Assembly (NCBI GenBank): GCA_003427395.1
Contig: BFEA01000032.1
Location: 1,720,931 to 1,784,930 of the forward strand
Source: Chara braunii
Taxonomy: Eukaryota; Plantae; Charophyceae
Length of the DNA: 64,000 bases
Direction: 5' to 3'
This document shows positions 53,001 through 64,000 of the stretch, piece after piece. The first letter of the stretch is position 1, and every line of letters starts with the position of its first letter. Below the pieces are notes generated by a model that worked only from the letters and a program-made list of their open reading frames with translations, was not told where the DNA came from and ran no database searches. The position numbers and the translations under genes are program-made.

Positions 53001-54178
53001 GATCTGATATCTGATCTTACGGAGGAGGAGATCTAGCTATTTTTTGTGGGCTGACACAAAACGGCTAGCTCCGGAATGAGTTGGCAGCAAAATGGAGGGA
53101 AAACGAAAAGAGGAACAAGACAAAACTGCGAATTTGGCGCAAGGTCTGGGCCAGGTACATCAAAAAAATTGAAAGTGGGGGTAAAAGACTCAAATTTGAA
53201 GCAAGGGGGGCTTGGGAGTAGCTCGGAATGACGAAAGTCATGGATCTCAGCCAAATCCAAGGATGAGATTTGTGCCGCCACTTGGGAAAATGTAACGGCC
53301 TGCTCACAAGAGGCCTAGACTAAAATATAAAAAAAAAAAACGAAAAACGGGCCTTTAGGACCTCAAATTTTGGTAAAGGCTGCATTTTGGGGTAGTGGTA
53401 CCCAAAAGGCAGCACTTTTTGAGGAGAAAAGAGGCCGGGGTAGGCCAAGGGGTAGTCCGAGAGGATACCAGCCTCACGGACTGCATGTACTTGGCCAAAA
53501 TGAGGCCCAGGTACCCCCGAGGAGACCAAAACCGGAATTTTGGCCTTTGGGGTACCTCGCTCCACCTAGAGGCACTTGGAGGGGCCTAAAGGTTGGGCGG
53601 TGCACCTGTTTCAGCCTATATAAGCTAGAGGTGCAGGCTGCAACTCTCATTTGAGCATGAGAGGTGCCCATGATGCCCAAATGAGTCCAGGAAAGAGTCC
53701 AAGTGAGAGAGAAGCAAGGGAGTGAGGGTCGGAGCTAGCCTGAAGCCTGACTATGGTGGTAAGGTTGATAAAGCAGACCTAGAGGCTAGGAGGGAGCAAG
53801 GAGAGTGGTCCGCCATAGCCCTCATGTGGTGAAGTAGGAGGAAAGGCTGAAAGGGGTCCCCATAGTCCTTCTAGAGGGAAGGACTCCACAGCCTTAGAGG
53901 TAGGAGTCCGCCATAGCTAGAGGAGAGGTGTGAGAGAAGGAGAGGATTTGGGGAGGTGGGAGAGCTATGCTCAGGGAGATAGAACCAAGCCTAGAAGACC
54001 ATTGACAAAAAAACCAGTGTGAGGTGAGTGAAAGAGGACGAAGTTTCTCCCTTCCCTCCTTCGTTTTCTTCTTCTTCTTCTTCTTCTTTTTTCTCTCTTT
54101 CCTCCTTTTCTCTTTCTCGTTCTTTTACCTCTCTTCCTCCCCTTCTTCTTCTCCCCCTTCCTCATCTTCTTCCTCCCT

Positions 54179-54545
54179 TCAAACTTTGAGTTTTCACGGA
54201 TTTGGGAGTCTGGGTAAGTTGCGATTCACCTTGTGAAAGTTCCGTGATGTTTCCCCCAGTGTTGATGCTTCAAACTTTGAGTTTTCACTGATTTGGGAGT
54301 GTGGGTAAGTTGCGATTCACCTTGTGAAAGTTCCGTGATGTTTCCCTTTGTGTTGATGCTTCAAACTTTAAGTTTTCACTGATTTGGGAGCCTGGGTAAG
54401 TTGCGATTCACCTTGTGAAAGTTCAGTGATATTTCCCCTAGTGTTGATGCTTCAAATTTTGAGTTTTTACTGATTTGGGAGCTGGGGTGAGTTGCGCTTC
54501 ACTTCGGGATACTTCGGTGATGTTTCCTCCTCATAGGATGCTTCA
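54179..54545. repeat. 91-bp tandem repeat (4 units)
   Basis: AAACTTT(G)AGTTTTCA at 54181, 54272, 54363 and 54454. Confidence 0.93.
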
Positions 54546-54998
54546 AATCTTACCTTTATGTTGTCCTTGATGAGTGTGTGTGTGGCGCNNNNNNNNNNNN
54601 NNNNNNNNNNNNNNNNNNNNNNNNNNNNNNNNNNNNNNNNNNNNNNNNNNNNNNNNNNNNNNNNNNNNNNNNNNNNNNNNNNNNNNNNNNNNNNNNNNNN
54701 NNNNNNNNNNNNNNNNNNNNNNNNNNNNNNNNNNNNNNNNNNNNNNNNNNNNNNNNNNNNNNNNNNNNNNNNNNNNNNNNNNNNNNNNNNNNNNNNNNNN
54801 NNNNNNNNNNNNNNNNNNNNNNNNNNNNNNNNNNNNNNNNNNNNNNNNNNNNNNNNNNNNNNNNNNNNNNNNNNNNNNNNNNNNNNNNNNNNNNNNNNNN
54901 NNNNNNNNNNNNNNNNNNNNNNNNNNNNNNNNNNNNNNNNNNNNNNNNNNNNNNNNNNNNNNNNNNNNNNNNNNNNNNNNNNNNNNNNNNNNNNNNNN

Positions 54999-56050
54999 TA
55001 GGCTGCTGTTCATCCGGTAGTACTTCGTTGTTCAACCCCTGGAATAGGGTGCTGTTCACATTGTTCTTTTGTTGTTCTATGTGCATGGGTAGGTTGCTGT
55101 TCACCCGGTAGTACTTCGATGTTAAACCCCCGCGGTAGTGTGATGTTCACATTGTTCTTTTGCTATTCTATATGCATGGGTAGGCTGTTGTTCATCCGAT
55201 AGTACTTCGTTGTTCAACCCCCGGGGCGGGGTGCCGTTCACATTGTTCCTTTGTTGTTCTATGTGCATGGGTAGGTTGTTGTTCACCAGGTAGTACTTTG
55301 TTGTTCAGTCTCCGGGGTAGGGTGCTGTTCACATTGTTCTATTGTTGTTCTATGTGCATGGGTAGGTTGTTGTTCACCCGGTAGTACTTCGCTGATCAAC
55401 CCCCGCGGCAGGGTGTTGTTCACATTGTTCTTTTGTTGTTCTATGTGCATGGGTAGACTGCTGTTCATCCGGTAGTACTTCGCTGTTCAACCCCCGGGGT
55501 AGGGTGCTGTTCACATTGTTCTTCTGTTGTTCTATGTGCATGGGTAGGTTGTTGTTCACCCGGTGGTGCTCCGCTGTTCAACCCCCGCGGTGGGGTGCTG
55601 TTNNNNNNNNNNNNNNNNNNNNNNNNNNNNNNNNNNNNNNNNNNNNNNNNNNNNNNNNNNNNNNNNNNNNNNNNNNNNNNNNNNNNNNNNNNNNNNNNNN
55701 NNNNNNNNNNNNNNNNNNNNNNNNNNNNNNNNNNNNNNNNNNNNNNNNNNNNNNNNNNNNNNNNNNNNNNNNNNNNNNNNNNNNNNNNNNNNNNNNNNNN
55801 NNCCCCGCGGTGGGGTGTTGTTCACATTATGAGTCGGTGTTCTATGTACATGAGTAGGGTGCTGTTCACATTGTTCTTCTGTTGTTCTATGTGCATGCGT
55901 AGGTTGCTGTTAACCCGGTGATGCCCCGCTGTTCGACTCCCGCGGTGAGGTGCTCTCCACATTGTCAGTTTGCTGTTCTATGTACATGAGTAGGGGGCTG
56001 CCTACACAGTGGTGCTTCACTGTTCAATCTCCGGGTAGGGTGTTAATCAC
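54999..56050. repeat. Second 91-bp tandem repeat (gapped)
   Basis: TACTTCG at 55021, 55112, 55203, 55294, 55385 and 55476. Confidence 0.93.
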
Positions 56051-56229
56051 ATTGCCCTTTTTATGGCTCTAGATGCTTGGGAAGGCGTCGACGGGTCACT
56101 TCTTGTTGCTTCCTCTTTTGGGAATCTACGGGGAGCGTGTGCGGCGAAGACCAACGACCTACGAGAAAAGCATAAGGGGTAGGGAGTTGGGCGGTAGAAT
56201 AGGATCGGTCGCGGACCAAGGGACAAGCG

Positions 56230-57920
56230 AGCCATCACCCACACCCATCCACCATAACCGGCCGCTCCTAACCCTTCTTCCTCCTTCATCACCCACACCC
56301 ATCCTCCATAGCCGAACACCTTCAACCCTCCTTCCCCCTCCATCACTCACGTCCATCCCCCATAGCCGGACCTCCCCAACCCTTTTTCTTTCTCCATCAC
56401 TCACACCCATCCACCATAGCCGGCCTCCCCCAACCCTTCTTCCTCCTCCATCACCCACATCCATCCACCATAGTCAACAACCCCCAACCCTTCTCCCTCC
56501 TCCGTCACCCACATCCGTCCACCATAGCCGACCTCCCCCAACCCTTCTTCCTCCTCCGTCACCCGCACCCGTCCGCCGTAGCGGACCTCCCTCAACCCTT
56601 CTTCCTCCTCCATCACCCACAACCGTCCACCATAGCCGACCTCCCTCAACCCTTCTCCCTCCTCCATCACCCACACCCGACCACCATAACCGACCTCCCT
56701 CAACTCTTCTTCCCCCTCCATCACTCACGTCCATCCCCCATAGTCTGACCTCCCCAACCCTTCTTCTTCCTCCATCACTCACACCCGTCCACCATAGCCA
56801 ACAACCCCCAACCCTTCTCCCTCCTCCATCACCCACACCCGTCCACCATAGCCAACAACCCCCAACCCTTCTCCCTCCTCCATCACCCACACCCGTCCAC
56901 CATAGCCAACCACCCCCAACCCTTCTCCCTCCTCCATCACCCACACCCGTCCACCATAGCCAGCAACCCCCAAACCTTCTCCCTCCTCCATCACCCACAC
57001 CCGACCACCATAACCGACCTCCCTCAACCCTTCTTCCTCCTCCATCACCCACGCCCGTCCACCATGGCCGACCACCCCCGACCTTTCTTTCTCCTCCGTC
57101 ACCCACACCCGTCCGCCATAGCCAACCTCCCTCAACCCTTCTTCCTCCTCTGTCACCCACACCCGTCTGCCATAGCCAACCTCCCCTTCTTCCTCCTCCT
57201 TCACCCACACCCGTCTGCCATAGGCGACCACCCCCAACCCTCCTTCCTCCTCCATCGCCCACACCCGTCCGCCATAGCCGACCACCCCCAACCCTTCTTC
57301 CTCCTCCATCACCCACACCCGACCACTATAGCCGACCTCCCTCAACCCTTCTTCCTCCTCCATCACCCATATCCGACCACCATAACCGACCTCCCTCAAC
57401 CCTTCTTCCTCCTCCATCACCCACGCCTGTCCACCATGGCCGACCACCCCTGACCCTTCTTCCTCGTCCGTCACCCACACCCGTCCGCCATAGCCAACCT
57501 CCCTCAATTCTTCTTCCTCCTCCATCACCCACATGCGTCCGCCATAGCCGACCACCCCCAACCCTCCTTCCTCCTCCATCACCCACACCCATCCGCCATA
57601 GCCGACCTCCCTCAACCCTTCTTCTTCCTCCATCACCCGCGCCTGTCCACCATGGCCGACCACCCCCAACCCTTCTTCCTCCTCCATCACCCACGCCCGT
57701 CCTCCATAGTCAACCACCCCCAACCCTTCTTCCTCCTCCATCACCCACACCACTCCGCCATAGCCGACCACCCCCAACCCTTCTTCCTCCTCCATCGTCC
57801 ACACCCGTCCGCCATAGTCAACCTCCCTCAACCCTTCTTCCTCCTCCATCACTCACGCCCGTCCGTCATAGCCGGCCATCCTTAATCCTTCTTCCTCCTC
57901 CCCCGCCCGCTTCCGTCCAT
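56230..57920. repeat. 48-bp C-rich minisatellite (~35 units) that creates a 635-aa Pro-rich ORF
   Basis: CCATCACCCACACCCGTCCACCATAGCCGACCTCCCTCAACCCTTCTTCCTCCT-type units; followed by (CT)n at ~58035-58121, as in the element 2 LTRs. Confidence 0.95.
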
Positions 57921-58030
57921 CCGAAAAAAATCTTAGGGGGTCGCAAGGGGGGCGCGCGGGGCCCGAGTAGGATCGGATAGGGTAAGTTAATAAGCAAGGT
58001 CGATTAGGATGTGAAGCTTCTTGTTTTTTT

Positions 58031-58122
<92 letters not shown>

Positions 58123-59370
58123 CGTCTTCCTCCATTTCTCCAAAATTCTTTAACCCTTAACCCTTCCGACACCCCTTCCCCTCCATAGCATGTGACTAAC
58201 CTCTACCCTNAAATTCTTTAACCCTTAACCCTTCCGACACCCCTTCCCCTCCATAGCATGTGACTAACCTCTACCCTCACGTGTTACATTGCCAGGGGAC
58301 GAACGAGAAGGAACTTGGTCCTCACTTGGTGGAAAGCGAGGGTGAAGAAAGGGTTGTCGGTCCCTTGTGCCACCAAGAAGGAAAGGATACGAGGCTATTA
58401 AGAACAATTGCGAAAGCGGAAAGAGGTTCAGATTTTGGACAAGGTCAGTTTGACTCAACCATCCTCCCGGACTGCATGACTAAGGCGATTGGGTGGCTTG
58501 CTTGCGGGAAAAGGGAAGGGAACTCTTGAGGGGAGTTGGAAGGCAAAGGGGACTTAGGATTGCGGAAGGGGCGATGTGTTGACCCCAACGAGGATCGTAC
58601 TTGGTCATTTGTCTTATGTGGTTTTGCGCAGGTGAGTAGCTTGGGACGAGTCGGACGGGGCTGGATCCACGGATGAGGACTAAGACGGAAGATTGGCTAA
58701 GGGAAAGGACTTGGACCCGGCCTAAGCCGTGAATACGGGTCGAGTTGTGGCCGGCGCTTGGGCGGGTGTTTGATGCATGGACTCGGCTTGTGTGGGGGTG
58801 GCGTGGAATGGCTCTCTCTCATGTGCAATGCGACGCTTGAAAAAACTAAGGGCGGTCTTGGGTAGGTGGATGTGATGTTAGTGGCTCTCGCAAAAACAAT
58901 ATACCGGCTCGGGGTCTGCGCGTCATCGCCTCACCCCAAGGATGTCGTCGGGGATGGCTTGAGCTACTCAGCTTAGTGAAAAGGTGCCTGGCCCAATGGA
59001 TGACGCTTGGCCTACGCACGGAAAGAAGACGAGACCCCAATGAACCTCCTGGACTGCTTGCGTATTGGAAGGAGCAATTTCCTGGTCAGACCTAATTGAA
59101 TCAAGAAAACGTCACGATTGCCCAAAGAGCTACCATCTTAACGCGAGAGCGGAGCTACATCCCCCAATGTAAAGCCCTCTAGTAAAAGGCCCACTCCCAT
59201 CCATCTCAAAGCACTAGGTGGGGGTGCCCCTGGGACGAACGACCCGCGCCCAGAGCGTGAGCGTGGGCGGGTCGAGCCACCGTGCCCAGAGCGTGAGCGT
59301 GGGCGGGTCGAGCCAAATGGGACCCGCAGCCGAGGCTTGAAAATCCTTCAGGGTAAGGCTCCGACAAAAA

Positions 59371-59388
59371 TGGTGGAGGTGTCGGGTA
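59371..59388 (+). promoter_or_regulatory. Putative primer-binding site, tRNA-Ala-like
   Basis: TGGTGGAGGTGTCGGGTA, 4 nt after CCGACA; resembles the complement of the tRNA-Ala 3' end (TGGTGGAGATGCGGGGTA). Confidence 0.7.
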
Positions 59389-61064
59389 ATGGGTTAAACT
59401 GACCCATACGGTCTCGAGGGGGGCGCCCGACACATGACTGCGGACATAAACATGAAGAGAAGGAATGAGGACTTGTGTATGCTCTATCCCTTGAGTGAAT
59501 CAGATTTGAGGGTGGCTGGGCGCATAGCAAGGTCAGGCCTCGAGGAAGAACATGCATGGTTGCACTTTTGATCAGCCATCTCCTTTGGAGATGACTCTAG
59601 TCCTCCTTCCCTTGAACTGATGTTCGTAAGGCCAGGGAAGCCTTGGGCGAGCCGCAGATCGACCCTTCCTCTTCATGCGAAAGAAAGGTTTCGGTTACCC
59701 GGTATGCGATTGGGATTCCGGGCTAAGCTCGGTTCTGATGAAAATCCCGCGGCGGAGTAATCCGACCGACACGGATGCTCTCCTTCTTTTTCTTCGGAGC
59801 CCAGCGGTCTCCATGCACCCCACTTAATGCCTGAAGGAACTTCATATGAACAAAAAGGGTAATCGAGAAGGAACAATCCTGCCCTATGAACGGATACACA
59901 AGCAAAGATAAGGGAAAGAAGGGAGTTGGTAGACTCAAAAAAAAATAAAAATTAGCTCACCCTTGAAGATGCTCACAAGAAGGAATCAGGCACTGTGTAT
60001 CGATGTTAGGGGAGAGTGGCACGCACTGTCCCGAGAGAAAAATTGTGAGCTAAGGGTAGGAAGCGTTGGGTGCACCAGGGGAAAGGCACTTGTGTTATGT
60101 GTGTCCCACTTGAGACTTGTGATTGCATGATTGGAATTTCGAGCGTCCTGCCATTTGGAAGGAAATGATCGGTTTGCACCAGCTGGTGCAGGTTGCAAAA
60201 AGTCGTTCTCTTTGAAGTTCGCCGGGTTCCGTGCGCGAGGGTCGGGCTACCAGGCTGTCAGGCAGAGGTTGGTCTCGTCGGCTGGTTAGCATGGCTCGAT
60301 GACCTTGCCCAGGCGGGGTGCGAAACACCTTCAGACGGGGCGGCTACTTGTCGGCAGACGGCAGGGGGACCACTGAGTATGGGATAAGGAGGGAGCCTCG
60401 GAGGCGATTAGTAGCTTCTCGTAGCTTGGTTTGGGATAGGTTGATTCTTATCGGACCGATGAAAGTGAATGCCTGGACGGCCGACTCCAATGGCCTCACC
60501 GAGATGTGCGGGGTGATTCCCGAGATTAACGGTGGGTACACGAGTGACAAGTCGGGATGGGGTATTCTGGGTAAAGAGGAAAGGGCGAATGCCTTGCCGA
60601 GACCTGGGTACCGCGCTCGCGACGGTTGAGCTGTGCTGGAGGTATGGGCTAAAACCCTGCCGATAGTAACAGTGGAGAGACCATTCCTGGGAAGAAGGTC
60701 GATGAGGAAATGACCGACCCTTGTGCGACGTTTGCCTGAGTTTTGTTTTTTGTGCCCTCCTCTGTAAAGTTGCTTGATGAATGTTGGAAGGGGAACTAAG
60801 CTTCTAGTCTATTCTCGACCCCTGCCTAAGTCTGCACGAGTGAGAGAACATGAGGGAGAGGCTGGATAGGAGTCGGAAGAAAGTGGAACTAAGAAAAGAA
60901 GGAATGCGAGCCGCATGTGATTGGGGGTATGGTAGGACAATGGTACCTGGGAATGGATAAGAGAGGTTAGGGAGACCTGGATGAGGGGAAAAAGCAAACC
61001 ATCCCACCATGAGGGGCCGTGTGGTGCTCTCATGTGAAAAACAGGACAGGCGCCGGGAAACAAG

Positions 61065-61868
61065 ATGGCGTGACGGTTGTCGTCTCCTGTCTACTCTAGT
61101 GGTCCGGAAATGCCCATAGAAGTAAGGGATGGGGTATCTGTTGTTCTCCCGGAAAAAGGGACATGGACCGACCTAGAACCAACCTATGAAACCGTGATGC
61201 TGGACAAGAGGGACGCGTTCCTCTGGATAGAGACAATCTGGATTAAGGTCAGCCTGACAAGACTTTCACCGAGCTTGATGGACCTAGAATTCCGGGGAAC
61301 AGTGGAAGCTCGAGGATGGATCTACCTATCTCAAGAGATGGAAAACGCAGTGGTAGTGGGACTAGTGTTGGGCACGGCACCGGACCAGCTGTTTGGGCAA
61401 GCGGAACGGGAAGTGGTATGGGCAGCATGTCAGCGGGCAGAAATGGAGATGGAAAGGATGGAGGTGCGAGTGGAACTCGGGGACTGGAAAAATATGCGAC
61501 GCCCCCTTAGGACAATGAGATGTGTGCTACCCCCATTCCTGGTGGATGCAGTCTTTGAAACCAGGGGTAGATTGGAGCGGATATGCCGGTCGATGACGCG
61601 CCTGAGGTTGTACCAAGGTGCTAGGCAAGACTTCTTTAAGCTATCGGTGGAAGCGGGGCCGTTCGAAGGAAACTGGGCAGAAGAATTAGCTGAGATATTG
61701 AACCTCCTCAGCGCGGACGAAGTCTTTGTTCCCAGCCCAGTGCATTGACAAATAGTTTACCGAAACATGGCAGCGGGGGAAACCTTCTTGGAAGGGGTGA
61801 AAGAGATGTTCCTAGACGAGGAGGAGGATTTCAGTGATGAGGAGGACGGAGACGAGATAGAGGACTGA
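61065..61868 (+). pseudogene. Unknown-function paralog A (~267 aa with acidic tail; two premature TGA stops)
   Basis: ATG GCG TGA CGG at 61065 is in frame with the 223-aa ORF. Reading through the stop at 61746 gives QIVYRNMAAGETFLEG..DEEEDFSDEED. Shares motifs with B, C and D. Confidence 0.75.
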
Positions 61869-61932
61869 GACTTTTGAAGGGGGAGGCTTACCTGGGGAAA
61901 ATGGGTTGTCGGCTATGTGCAGGTAGGAAACG

Positions 61933-62678
61933 ATGGCCCGTGATTCGAATTATGGGACTGCACATGAGAACCAAGATGAACCGGAAGGGGAGTAGAGATG
62001 TCGATACCGCCGAGCAATGAATGGAAAGGGACCACATGTGATTGGCGGGGGTATGAGATTGTGTCGGAGCTATCGTATCTTTGAATAGAGCATATCTGGA
62101 ATCCAGTGAGGGAAGAGGAAGGATGGGAAGAGATTGCGGAAGGAAGGGTGGAGTCAGTTGGGACGATCGTTCTCTCGAAACAGGGTTGGCACCTGTTCTG
62201 TACGACGCTTGCGGCAGGACAAAACCCGATGTGGCTTTTAGGGGACGCTGAGGCAAGGGCTCGGCAGGCGGGGGAAAACTTTGCTAACAAAGGTTGGGAT
62301 ACGGTTAGCAGTAGAGTCGTGATAGGAGGATGGAAGGAATTCAAACCGCCCGGTGCCCGAATCAAGACCTGGGTACCTAAGTTCGTGGCAGACTGGTTTG
62401 GGGGTTTTGATCATGTAACAGAGGTAGCCGACACGATGGAGCGAATACACGTGAATTGCACATGGCTGGCAGGGGAATTTTATAGGATGTCCTTGAAATA
62501 CGGACCCTTCCACGACGATAGAGCCCGGGAGGTCCTCATTATTCTGAACATCGAAAGGAATGACCGGCAGGAGGTGGCCCCGGAAACTAGGGAGGCCATA
62601 ATCCGCCGTGAGGTAGCAACAACACCTTGCTATGTGGATGATGTATTCAAACTGTTTGAAGTACTGTGGTTCGACTAA
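61933..62678 (+). pseudogene. Unknown-function paralog B (one frameshift, one stop)
   Basis: MARDSN.. then GVEMSIPP..SYL*IEHIW aligns with GVSVVLPE..AFLWIETIW of paralog A; GPF motif present. Confidence 0.75.
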
Positions 62679-62800
62679 GCGCAGGGAAGTTGTGGAGCCA
62701 GATAAATATGGCAAAAATTGCTAAGATAAGGGAATGGGATGTTTGGCCATTGTAGGGTTCAGCGCGGATCGCGAGCTGGGAGATCAAAGGCGAGTGCGCG

Positions 62801-63574
62801 ATGGCACGAAGAAGGACGTTCCTTGAGGAGCGCCCCTTGGGCATTGAACCGCCTAGGGAAGTACCGGGTGGGATAGAGGTCAGTTTGCCGGCAACAGGCG
62901 AGGGATGGCACCAGGTGGCAGATTGGGTCGGGATCGAGCTTGCGAAAAATATAGTTTATTTGGTGACGAAAGTTGAGTTACGTGCGGCTGAGAATGGGGA
63001 ATGGAACCCGGACCCACGGGGGCGCGTGCGTGCAGAGGGGCGACCGTATGTGTTAGAAAACGAATGGAGGGAGTTCGGACTTCGGCTGGCATCAGGAGAA
63101 GACCCGTTGAGCATGTTTGAAGGGGCATGGCAGTTAGTATGGTAAGTGGGATTTGAGTTCGCAGATCCGGGGGTTGACGATGTGACAGCAGACCTTAGGG
63201 TAGCCATGGTCGGGAGTTTTTAATTGCCTAGTGAAAACGTACGAATGAGGCTGTCGCCCTTCCTGCTGGAAAAACTGGGTGGGTTGGAACTTGTTAGACA
63301 AGCAGTAGCCGACCTCGCAAGCCTGACGTATGAAGAGGCAGTGGTACATCGAGAATACTATTGGGCCTTCTTAGAAATGGGGCCGTTTAATGGAGAGCAG
63401 AAGTACAAGGTGCTGCGCATCCTGCGTTCTGTGTTTAGTACCAGGCCGAGGGTTCCTGTCGTGGGAAGTGAGGTCCTGTGGGGTGCCGTCCGGCGGGAAA
63501 TAAACCAAGGGATGGCGTACGTAGATGATCTGTACCGATTGTATGAGCAGATGGAGGAGGGAACAGGTCGGTAA
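62801..63574 (+). pseudogene. Unknown-function paralog C (two in-frame stops)
   Basis: ORFs 62801-63145 and 63224-63574 share a frame; motifs GGIEVSLPA, GRVRAEG, GPFNG and RRE..YVDD. Confidence 0.78.
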
Positions 63575-63707
63575 TAGGGCCAAAAAGAGGGGAAAGAAGC
63601 GCCAGGCTAGGGATCGGAAGGTTTTTCGGGCGAAAAAATTGAAGACCAAGTGGAATAAATAAACTCGCGTGCTGTTTAAAACTGTGCAGGGGACTTCTAA
63701 GTCGGAA

Positions 63708-64000
63708 ATGGCGATGAGACGCGCCCGGACGCCGCAACGACCCATGCACCCTCGGCCATCCACGGAAAACGGAGGTGGATGGGAGGTGTCGCTCCCAGCA
63801 AGCTACATGATTCAAGGATTGAATACCGAGTGGAGAGTCGTGACCCTGGGAAGAGGTCAGGCATTCATGATGGTGGAATGTTTGTGGGATGGTATGAGAA
63901 TTAACAGGGGACCAGGGGACGATCTGTACACCGATCTAAGGGTGACGGGAAATGTATACCTACCAGAACTCGGGTGGCACATGCTAGGAACAGAATTGGC
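63708..64000 (+). CDS. Unknown-function paralog D (runs off the window end)
   Basis: MAMRRART..GGGWEVSLPAS..VTGNVYLPELGWHML, open to the window end; matches GGIEVSLPA of C and VGTIVLSKQGWHLF of B. Confidence 0.75.
   Translation, partial: MAMRRARTPQRPMHPRPSTENGGGWEVSLPASYMIQGLNTEWRVVTLGRGQAFMMVECLWDGMRINRGPGDDLYTDLRVTGNVYLPELGWHMLGTEL

Larger units (their letters stand above)
53291..59366 (+). repeat. ~6-kb 5' LTR of element 5, related to the LTR of element 2
   Basis: Starts TGTAACGGCCTGC (inferred) and ends CCGACA before the PBS. 58275-59330 is homologous to 14700-15995. Confidence 0.7.

Noticed and set aside
56073-57980. 635-aa Pro/Ser/Thr-rich extensin-like ORF
   Set aside because: It is the translation of a 48-bp LTR minisatellite, open in several frames, with no signal peptide. 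The homologous arrays in element 2 are not coding.
58150-58235. Telomere-like TTAACCC repeats
   Set aside because: Only two units, doubled by an assembly artefact.
59969-60720. Possible fifth cassette paralog before ORF A
   Set aside because: Composition looks coding-like, but I could not find the shared motifs in any frame.

Overview
Eukaryotic, almost entirely repetitive DNA with no recognisable host gene. Composition, element style and an algal-type 18S fragment suggest a charophyte such as Chara; this is inference. The window is a nest of giant, decayed Ty3/Gypsy-type retroelements. (1) 1-8268: the terminal, non-coding part of an element on the + strand, with microsatellites, an 18S rDNA fragment and a 60-bp hairpin array. 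(2) ~8269-25752: a degenerate chromodomain-bearing Gypsy (gag-pol 16.2-21.8 kb) between satellite-filled multi-kb LTRs. (3) 27205-51786: a 24.6-kb minus-strand Gypsy with a TCGC target-site duplication, a tRNA-Asp PBS, gag-pol and a second gag-like ORF after pol. Its terminal repeats are asymmetric: a 363-bp A+B unit at one end, versus A and B separated by 11.4 kb at the other. The 11.4-kb segment holds an array of hairpins with a conserved loop and covarying stems. (4) A CCHC/coiled-coil ORF remnant that hosts element 3. (5) 53291-end: a ~6-kb LTR and tRNA-Ala-like PBS, followed not by gag but by at least four tandem, highly diverged paralogous ORFs of unknown function (~250 aa where complete). 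Each ORF is preceded by its own splice-acceptor-like site, and a conserved splice donor lies in the LTR. A Nextera mate-pair adapter (39789-39826) and several gap-flanking duplications are assembly artefacts.
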